Origin: Candidatus Eiseniibacteriota bacterium
Lineage (GTDB): Bacteria > Desulfobacterota > Binatia > DP-6
Direction of reading: 5' to 3'
Assembly: GCA_035577985.1 (NCBI GenBank)
Contig: DATJZY010000107.1
Location: 43,475 to 107,474 of the forward strand
Length of the DNA: 64,000 bases
The notes under the pieces are model-generated. The model saw nothing but the letters and a program-made list of their open reading frames with translations. It ran no database searches and had not been told where the DNA came from. This document shows, piece by piece, positions 54,907 to 64,000 of this stretch; the first letter of the stretch is position 1, and every line of letters begins with the position of its first letter. The position numbers and the translations under genes were made by a program.

Positions 54907-57135
54907 TTACGCCTCCGACCGATCTCGGCCGACCCAGAGGAATCCGACCACGATCCAGCCGGCGAGGCTGCAGAGCGCGCCGACCAGGAGGCTCGTGGCC
55001 GGGTACTCGAAGCGGATCCGATGCCGTCCCGGCGGCACCAGGACGCCCCGGAAGAGCTCGTTCGTCGGAAAGATCTCCGCCGCGGCTCCGTCGACCGTCG
55101 CGACCCATCCGGGAGCGTACGTGTCGGCGAGCACGAGCAGGCCGGAGGCTGCGAGCTCGGCTTCGATCTCGACCCGCTCCGGCTCGTCGACGACGATGGT
55201 CGCCGCGTGCCCGCGCGACGCCGCGGGATTGCCGATCGGGCGCAGGTTCTCGACCAGCGCGGAGCCGAGCGGATCGAACGCGGGCGACGCGAGACGAGCG
55301 AGGAGCTTCGGCTCGCCAGGGGCCGCTTCCGTGCGGTAGACGACGTAGGCGCGCGGCAGCGCGCGCGGGTTCTCGAGGATCGTGAAATCTTCGACGTCGT
55401 CGACCGCGCGCATGCCGCGGGCCTCGAAGGCGTTCCTCAACTCCCGGCGTCCGCCCTTCGGGACGACGACCCAGCGCACCGCCGCCACGTCGAGGAGCTG
55501 CGCGCGCGCCACGAAGTCCTGTGGCCTGTTGATCCAATCGAGCGACGCCGGCGCGGGCCGTCGGTTCCTGCTCGGCAAACCGGGGAACGCGGCGCTGAAG
55601 TACGCGTTCTGTCGTTCGAGCAGGAGCGGCTCGTAGTCGAACAACGATCGCACGCCGTGGAGCGTCGCGAGGCGCGGGAAGAGGTCCGTCAGGCGATCCT
55701 GCGCAATCCACACCCGGCCGTCGCCCTGGAGCGCCACCAGGCGCTCGTAGAGGGCGTCGCGGCGGTGATACCGCGCGCCTGCAGCCGCGTCGTAGGGTAG
55801 GAGCCCGGGAAGGGGTGCGACGCCGACCAGCGCGAGCGCCGCGACGGTGACCCCGAGCGCCTGCGCCGGGGCGCGTGCATCCATCCTCGCGGTCGCCGCG
55901 ATCGCGAGCGCGACCGCGCCGAGAAGCACGCCTACGATCGCGTAACCCTCCCAGAAGAGATAGGCGGCGGGTGCGAGAGGGAGGAGGAGCAGGGCGTCGC
56001 GCGCCCGCGACGGACGCGTGTCACGAACCCAGCGCAGGAGGACGTCGGTGCCCGCGGCGGCGAGGAGGGCGAAGGCAAATCCCGCGAGCACGAGGATGCG
56101 CGCGGGCGTCCGGAACCAGGTGAGGAGCGGGAGTCCCCGGTAGAGCGCGAAGGTCGCCGGAATACCGGGCCCGAGGGAGAAGCACGACGTGAGCGCTATC
56201 GTGCCGACGGCCCACCACACGACGGCGCGGGCGTCGCGCGCCGCGACCGCGAACGGCACGAGCGACCAGCCGACGGCGGTGAACCCTGCGAAGCCTCCGG
56301 CGACGAGCACGCTCTGCAGCGTTCCCCCGAAGCCGGCGGGGAACATGCTCGCGAGGTCGAGCTCCCCGGCCCCCCGCAAGCCGGCGCCGGCGAGCTCGCG
56401 TCCGGGCAGGAGCGTGATCATGCCGGCGAGCGTGCCGACCCCGATCGCGATGCCGAATGCGATCGCGACGCGCACCTCTCCCGCGATCGAGCGTCCGTGC
56501 GCGAGGAGCAGGGCTACGAGCAGCGTTCCCCACGCGTAGAGGATGAACACGGTTCCCTGCGGGCCGCCGGCGAGCCAGCTCATGCCGAGCGTGGCGGCGA
56601 GCGCGGCGATCCACTTCCGGCCTCCCTCGACGACGAGCCCGTGGGTCGTGAGGCACCCGAGCGGCAGCCACGCGACGGCCTCGAGCAGATACGGCCACGC
56701 GAGCCACTCGGAGAACATGCCGCGCAGGACGAAGAGCAGGGCACCTATCGCTGCCGCCGCCCAGCCGAAGCCCAGGCGGCGCGCGAAGGCCGCCGTCGAC
56801 ACCGCCGCCAGGAGCACGTGCAACAGGGTCGAGACGAAGAGCGCCGCGTACGTCGGCAGCACGAGATAGAGTACGTGCGGCGGATAGAAGAAGCCGGTCT
56901 GGAGCGACCCCAGCCACGGAAAGCCGCACGACTGATACGGATTCCAACGCAGCAGCTCGCCGCGCGCGAGGTGGCCGAAGAACGCGGCGTAGCTCGGATA
57001 GAAGTAGATGCGGAGGTCCGCCGTCCGGACACCCTGCGCGTCGACCGGCGTGGCCAGGCGGACGTACCACACGACGGCGACGAGCAGGCAGAGCCCGGCC
57101 GCGCGGACCGCGATCCCTCGCTTGGGCACGCGCAC
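54907..57135 (-). CDS. YfhO-like polytopic membrane protein (putative glycosyltransferase)
   Basis: The 742 aa ORF has ~14 N-terminal TM helices followed by a soluble C-terminal domain, with YfhO-like topology. Confidence 0.65.
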   Translation of the reverse strand: MRVPKRGIAVRAAGLCLLVAVVWYVRLATPVDAQGVRTADLRIYFYPSYAAFFGHLARGELLRWNPYQSCGFPWLGSLQTGFFYPPHVLYLVLPTYAALFVSTLLHVLLAAVSTAAFARRLGFGWAAAAIGALLFVLRGMFSEWLAWPYLLEAVAWLPLGCLTTHGLVVEGGRKWIAALAATLGMSWLAGGPQGTVFILYAWGTLLVALLLAHGRSIAGEVRVAIAFGIAIGVGTLAGMITLLPGRELAGAGLRGAGELDLASMFPAGFGGTLQSVLVAGGFAGFTAVGWSLVPFAVAARDARAVVWWAVGTIALTSCFSLGPGIPATFALYRGLPLLTWFRTPARILVLAGFAFALLAAAGTDVLLRWVRDTRPSRARDALLLLPLAPAAYLFWEGYAIVGVLLGAVALAIAATARMDARAPAQALGVTVAALALVGVAPLPGLLPYDAAAGARYHRRDALYERLVALQGDGRVWIAQDRLTDLFPRLATLHGVRSLFDYEPLLLERQNAYFSAAFPGLPSRNRRPAPASLDWINRPQDFVARAQLLDVAAVRWVVVPKGGRRELRNAFEARGMRAVDDVEDFTILENPRALPRAYVVYRTEAAPGEPKLLARLASPAFDPLGSALVENLRPIGNPAASRGHAATIVVDEPERVEIEAELAASGLLVLADTYAPGWVATVDGAAAEIFPTNELFRGVLVPPGRHRIRFEYPATSLLVGALCSLAGWIVVGFLWVGRDRSEA

Positions 57136-57178
57136 GAGGAGCTACGCGAGCGCGCGCGTGGGGGTCAAGCGTCGGACG

Positions 57179-58174
57179 CTACGGCTCCACGACCTGGACG
57201 GCGTGACCGTCGGGATCCCGAACCGTCGCGCCGCGATGAAAACCCTCCGGGTCCGCCGGCACGTCGACGGCGCCCGCGGAGACGAACGGCGCGCTCGCGG
57301 CCCGCAGCTTCGCCGCCGCGTCTGCGACGCTCGCCGTCGCGACGCGCGTCTGCCAGTGCACGAGGTCGTTCGCGCGCTCGTCCGCGGGGTACGGGCGACC
57401 CGTGCGCGGCACCCGGTACTCGAGCAGCTCGATGCCGGGTCCCCCCGCCGCGCGCAGGCCCGTGATGTGGAGCCGCGCCCCCTCGACGTTGTTCAAGTGC
57501 TCCTGCTCGACGCCGAAGTTGTCGCTCGTGCCGACGACGTGCAGGCCGAGCACGCCCTCGTAGAACCGCAGGCTCGCGCGCGTGTCCGCGACCACGATCG
57601 CGGTGTGGTCGATGCCCAGGAAGAGGCTGCCGGTCTCGCGCTGCCAGCGCGGGTCCCCCTTGCCGGGCGGGAAGTGGATCAGCTCGAGCGGATGGCCATC
57701 GGGATCCTTGAAGTAGAATGCCTCGATGCCGCCCGCGTCGACGTTCCAGTCGGGCAGCCGCTGCGGGCCGGTCGACGCGTGCTCGACCCGCTGCGCGCGC
57801 AGCGTGGCGTAGGCTTGCTGCATGTCGCGCACGACGATCGCGACGTGCTGGAACCAGCGGTCGTTGCTGCGTGCGTCGTCGGGGGCGCGGCGGCCGCGCG
57901 GGGCGATGAACTCGGTCAGCTCGACGAGCTCGTCGCCGAGCCGCAGGCGGACGATCCGGAGGCGGCAGCCGAAGACGCCGGTCAGCTTCTCGTACTCGGA
58001 CCCCGCCACCTCGACGTCCGATACCTTCTGGAACGGCAGCACGGTCGTGTAGAACGCGAGCGATCGCTCCATGTCGGAGACGGTGAGGCCGATCGACTCG
58101 ACCGCGGTGACGAATGCCGCCGCCCGTGCGGTGCCGAGCGCGAGAACCGCGAGGAGGACGAGCGCGCGCGTCAC
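57179..58174 (-). CDS. VOC-family (glyoxalase/bleomycin-resistance/dioxygenase fold) protein, two-domain, exported
   Basis: It has a signal peptide (MTRALVLLAVLALGTARAAA) and two VOC repeats, each with His/Glu ligands (HVAIVVRD, HTAIVVAD). Confidence 0.75.
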   Translation of the reverse strand: MTRALVLLAVLALGTARAAAFVTAVESIGLTVSDMERSLAFYTTVLPFQKVSDVEVAGSEYEKLTGVFGCRLRIVRLRLGDELVELTEFIAPRGRRAPDDARSNDRWFQHVAIVVRDMQQAYATLRAQRVEHASTGPQRLPDWNVDAGGIEAFYFKDPDGHPLELIHFPPGKGDPRWQRETGSLFLGIDHTAIVVADTRASLRFYEGVLGLHVVGTSDNFGVEQEHLNNVEGARLHITGLRAAGGPGIELLEYRVPRTGRPYPADERANDLVHWQTRVATASVADAAAKLRAASAPFVSAGAVDVPADPEGFHRGATVRDPDGHAVQVVEP

Positions 58175-59721
58175 CGCATGCGGGCCTTCAGGTGGTCGCC
58201 GACGCGGATCGCGTTCGCCATGATCGTGAGCGCGGGGTTCACCGCCGACGCCGACGGGAAGAAGCTCGCGTCGACCACGTAGAGGTTGTCGACCTCATGG
58301 GCGCGGCAGTCGACGTCGAGGGCGGACGTCCTGGGGTCCCGGCCGAAGCGGACGGTGCCGTTCTGGTGCGCCACGCCCGCGAGCGGGATGCGCCCGGGCA
58401 CGTAGGCCTGGAGCGGGATCAGGTGCTCGTGGTCGCACTCGATGTGCTGTAGGAGCCCCTTCAGCTTGCCGGCGAGACGCCGGTGCGCTTCCTCGTTGTT
58501 CGGCGTGTAGGTGAGGCGGATCGTGCCGTCGCGATCGACCGTCACCCGGTTCTCCGGATCGGGGAGATCCTCGGACGTCATCCAGAACGGCACCGCGTGC
58601 TGCGCCATCAGCTCGAGCGTCATGCCGGGGACGACACGCGGCGCGCCCTGCCGCAGGACGTTGCCGTCGATGTTGCCCATGAGCGAGATGTGCCCCATCG
58701 GGTAGTCCCACTCGCGGGTCGCGAAGTAGAAGTCGTTCAAGCCCAGCGTCTTGTTGAGCCGCGTCGGGTTCGGGTGGCGCGAGATGGCGAGGAACATCGA
58801 GTTGAGATGGCACATGTAGTGCCGCCCGACGACGCCGGAGCCGTTCGCGAGGCCGTCGGGATGCCGCTCGCTCGCCGAGCGCAGGAGCAGCGCCGCCGAG
58901 TTGATGGCGCCCGCCGAGACGACCACGATGCCGCCGCGGTAGGTCTCCTTCGCACCACCGCGCAGGACGTGCACGGCCGCGACCTCGCGTCCCGACGCGC
59001 TCGTCTCGAGGCGCGACACGCACGCATTCGTCACCAGCGTCACGTTCGGGTGCTGGAGCGCCGGGTCGACGCACACGACCTGGGCGTCGGCCTTGGCGTA
59101 GACGAGACAGGGGAACCCGTCGCACGTCCCGCACCGGATGCACTTGCTCGTGCGGGGGCTCTTCTCGTCGAGCATGAGCCCGACGGGCATGGGGAACGGC
59201 CGGTGCCCCTGGCGATGGAGGCCGTCGAAGATCTCCTGGATGCGCGGCTCGTGGCTGACCGGCGGGTGCAGGTACGGTGCGCTCGCGGGCGGCTCGGTGG
59301 GATCCGCGCCGCGCAGCCCGTGGACCTGATAGAGGTGCTCGGCCTCGGTGTAGTACGGCTCCAGGTCCTCGTAGCGGATCGGCCACGCCGGCGAGACGCC
59401 GCCGTGGTGGCGGACCTCGCCGAAGTCCTCCTGGCGCAGGCGGATCAAGGCCGCGCCGTAGAACTTGGTGTTGCCGCCCACGTAGTAGTGCGCGCCGGCG
59501 TGGAACTCCTTCCCGTTCTTGTCGCGCCACGCCTCGGTGATGTTGTAGCGACCCTCGGCGACGACGGCGTGCGAGTCCCAGTTCTCGCGCTCGCGCGGGA
59601 CGTAATCGCCGCGCTCGAGGATGAGGATCCGCTTTCCCGTCGGCGCCAGGCGGTGCGCGAGCGTCCCGCCGCCGGCGCCCGAGCCGATGATGATCACGTC
59701 GTAGTCGTTCTCGTGGGGCAT
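58171..59721 (-). CDS. GMC-family FAD-dependent oxidoreductase
   Basis: It has the N-terminal GxGxxG motif (YDVIIIGSGAGGGTLA) and the GMC C-terminal active-site region with a His (HQNGTVRFG) in the usual context. Confidence 0.9.
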   Translation of the reverse strand: MPHENDYDVIIIGSGAGGGTLAHRLAPTGKRILILERGDYVPRERENWDSHAVVAEGRYNITEAWRDKNGKEFHAGAHYYVGGNTKFYGAALIRLRQEDFGEVRHHGGVSPAWPIRYEDLEPYYTEAEHLYQVHGLRGADPTEPPASAPYLHPPVSHEPRIQEIFDGLHRQGHRPFPMPVGLMLDEKSPRTSKCIRCGTCDGFPCLVYAKADAQVVCVDPALQHPNVTLVTNACVSRLETSASGREVAAVHVLRGGAKETYRGGIVVVSAGAINSAALLLRSASERHPDGLANGSGVVGRHYMCHLNSMFLAISRHPNPTRLNKTLGLNDFYFATREWDYPMGHISLMGNIDGNVLRQGAPRVVPGMTLELMAQHAVPFWMTSEDLPDPENRVTVDRDGTIRLTYTPNNEEAHRRLAGKLKGLLQHIECDHEHLIPLQAYVPGRIPLAGVAHQNGTVRFGRDPRTSALDVDCRAHEVDNLYVVDASFFPSASAVNPALTIMANAIRVGDHLKARMR

Positions 59722-59743
59722 GCGGTGGGTCCTCCGTGGTGGG

Positions 59744-61024
59744 CTACGGCCGTCGAGTGGCCGCCGCCGAGCCCAGACACGCGAAGTCCTTCGCGAAGCA
59801 GAGATCGAGCGACCAGTCGAGCGCGACCCGGACCTTCTTCTCGAGCCGCGGCAGCTTGCCGAGGTAGATCGTTCGCCAGAGCCACCACGCGACGAAGCCG
59901 GAGAAGTTGACGCCGAGGACGTTCGCGACGCCCGTGCGCCGCCCGATGGCGGCGAGCTGCCCGAGCGTCGAGAAGCGGAAGCGCTTCTGCGGTCGTCCCG
60001 CCAGCGTGGCGATCGCGTTGCGCGCCGCGACGGCGGCTTCGCGGATCGCGTGCTGCGCGGTCGGCGGGTGGTAGCCGCCGGTGCGCGGGTTCGGCACGAG
60101 CGCGCAATCGCCGACCGCCCACACGTCGTTCCGGCCCCGTACCTGCAGGTGCTCGTCCACCGCGATGCGGCCGCGCTCCTTGGGCACGTCGAGCGCGGAC
60201 AGGATCGGATGCGGCGCCGTCCCGGCCGTCCACACGAGGGTCGTCGTCGGGATGCGGCTGCCGTCCGTCAGCTCGACCGCCCCATCGCGATAGGCCGTGA
60301 CCTTCTGTCGGGTCACGATCTCGACGCCGCGGGCGGCGAGCCTTCGCTGCGCGTAGGCGCCGAGCCTCGAGTCGAGCTCGGGGAGGATCACCGGGTCGGG
60401 TGCGACCAGCACCGTGCGCACGAGATCGGGACGGAGGTTCGGGAAGAACGGGAGCGACTCGTGCACGAAGTCGTGAAGACCACCCAGCGTCTCGACACCC
60501 GCGAACCCGCCGCCCGCGACGACGAAGGTGAGGAGCGGCTGCCGCTCGCCCGCGGCGCACTCGCCGTTCGCCTCTTCGAGCTGCGCGATGACCCGGCTGC
60601 GCAGCGCCAGTGCGTCGTCGAGCGACTTCATCGTGATGGCGTGCTCGGCGACGCCCGGGAGGCCGAAGAAGTTGGTGGTCGACCCGAGCGCCAGGATGAG
60701 GCGATCGTACGGCAGCTCGTGGCGATGTCCGTCGGATCCGTGCGAGACCTCCACGGACCGTCCGGCGAGATCGATCGCCTCCACCCGCCCGACGAAGGTG
60801 CGGACGCGCCGGAGGAGCTTGCGCAGCGGGTTCACGATGGTCGACGCCTCGAGCTCGCCCGCCGCTACCTCGTGTAGCATCGGCGTGAACAGGAAGAAGT
60901 TCTCGGCGGCGACCAGGGTGACCTCGACGTCGCGCCGGCGGCCGACGAGCCTCTCGAGCTCGAGCGCGGCATAGACCCCGCCGAAGCCCCCGCCCAGGAT
61001 CAGTATGCGATACGTGCCGTCCAT
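59744..61024 (-). CDS. Type II NADH dehydrogenase-like (NDH-2) FAD/NAD(P)-binding oxidoreductase
   Basis: The track ORF is 59744..61528. The call starts at [18 protein letters not shown] (rc ATG 61022-61024). It has two dinucleotide-binding motifs (GGGFGG and [11 protein letters not shown]) and a C-terminal amphipathic or TM segment. Confidence 0.8.
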   Translation of the reverse strand: MDGTYRILILGGGFGGVYAALELERLVGRRRDVEVTLVAAENFFLFTPMLHEVAAGELEASTIVNPLRKLLRRVRTFVGRVEAIDLAGRSVEVSHGSDGHRHELPYDRLILALGSTTNFFGLPGVAEHAITMKSLDDALALRSRVIAQLEEANGECAAGERQPLLTFVVAGGGFAGVETLGGLHDFVHESLPFFPNLRPDLVRTVLVAPDPVILPELDSRLGAYAQRRLAARGVEIVTRQKVTAYRDGAVELTDGSRIPTTTLVWTAGTAPHPILSALDVPKERGRIAVDEHLQVRGRNDVWAVGDCALVPNPRTGGYHPPTAQHAIREAAVAARNAIATLAGRPQKRFRFSTLGQLAAIGRRTGVANVLGVNFSGFVAWWLWRTIYLGKLPRLEKKVRVALDWSLDLCFAKDFACLGSAAATRRP

Positions 61025-61039
61025 GCCCACGGCGGTCCG

Positions 61040-63411
<2,372 letters not shown>

Positions 63412-63415
<4 letters not shown>

Positions 63416-64000
63416 GCCGGCCACTTGCAGCGGAAGATGCAGCGCTCGTGGCCCCGATGGTTCAGCTTCGCGCAGAGGATGCGCGCCATGCCCGCGCGTC
63501 GCCGGTAGAGCTCCGCCGCGAGCAGCATGCCGAGCGGTGGGGCGACCAGGTAGAGCCAGAAGGCGGTCCAGGTGTCGGCGACGACGGCAGAGCCGAAGGT
63601 ACGGGCCGGGTTCATGCTCATGCCGGAGAGCGGCGCTTCGACCGCGATGTAGGTGGCGACGGCGAGGCCGCAGAAGATCCCCGTGAAGCGGGCGAGATGG
63701 CGGTCGTTCGACGTCACGAGGACCAGCAGCATGAGACCGAACGAGATCGCGAGCTCGGCGGCGAAGGCCGCCGGTACTCCCGCGGGGCCGGGAACGGTGA
63801 CTGCGTAGCTCACGGCGGGGTCGGCGATGCGGGGCCCCAGCAGCAGCGCCGCCAGCGCGACGCCGCCGGCGCCGCCCGCGACCTGCGCCACGACGTAGAA
63901 GGCGGCGTCCCACGGCGCCACCTTGCCGAGCCGCAGGAACGCCAGCGTGAGCGACGGGTTGATGTGGGCGCCGGACCGCCGGCCCCACGGCGAATGGACG
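63412..64000 (-). CDS. MIP-family channel (aquaporin/aquaglyceroporin), 5' partial (start beyond window end)
   Basis: The second NPA box appears as [12 protein letters not shown]. Upstream in the same frame, reaching the window edge, is a first-box variant GAHINPSLT. The listed start at 63921 is a GTG inside the gene, and the frame stays open to position 64000. Confidence 0.75.

Overview
This is a 64 kb segment of a very high-GC (by eye ~70%) bacterial chromosome, densely packed with genes on both strands. The six-frame ORF track is dominated by long spurious ORFs typical of high-GC DNA, so genes were chosen by recognisable protein families, signal peptides, start and stop codon coupling, and ribosome-binding sites. 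No rRNA, tRNA, CRISPR array, transposase or integrase was recognised. Coordinates may be off by ±1 in places because I indexed the sequence by hand.

The encoded functions suggest a sigma-54-containing, F420-using, non-actinobacterial lineage. The evidence is a sigma-54 activator, three luciferase-like (LLM) oxidoreductases, four CoA-transferase family III genes, a MATE transporter and a type II NADH dehydrogenase. A Binatota/Deltaproteobacteria-like soil lineage is one possibility, and this is inference only.

The main observations, in order of interest:
- The most unusual locus is a translationally coupled operon at 7018-13630. It encodes an MFS transporter, a small membrane protein with a DUF2760-like C-terminal domain, and two tandem non-canonical Hsp70-family ATPases. 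The second Hsp70-like protein carries a ~400 aa helical C-terminal extension. A possible small TM ORF or gene remnant follows, then a cysteine-rich secreted protein. This looks like a conserved but functionally uncharacterised Hsp70-like module.
- A periplasmic SBP56 (methanethiol-oxidase-like) gene overlaps a SCO1/SenC copper-chaperone gene by ATGA.
- Convergent intergenic regions carry large nested palindromic elements at 741-869, 16236-16510 and 47341-47720. One is ~275 bp and is bounded by two hairpins with identical 12-bp stems. Another contains an anti-SD / 16S-3'-end-like motif, a strong SD, a 14-codon ORF and a minus-strand intrinsic terminator.
- A small, basic, RGG-tailed protein at 16518-16871 is driven by a near-consensus promoter and a GGAGG SD.
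- A catabolic island at 16978-32150 holds CoA-transferases, LLM oxidoreductases, a CYTH protein, a CoA-binding protein, an aldehyde dehydrogenase, a TetR regulator and a ferritin-like protein.
- An 843 aa secreted cysteine-rich protein at 20557-23088 has a planctomycete-cytochrome-c (PSCyt1)-like domain.
- A MocR-family regulator at 32354-33422 is frameshifted.
- A GH63-like glycoside hydrolase is translationally coupled to an orphan zinc-finger anti-sigma factor.
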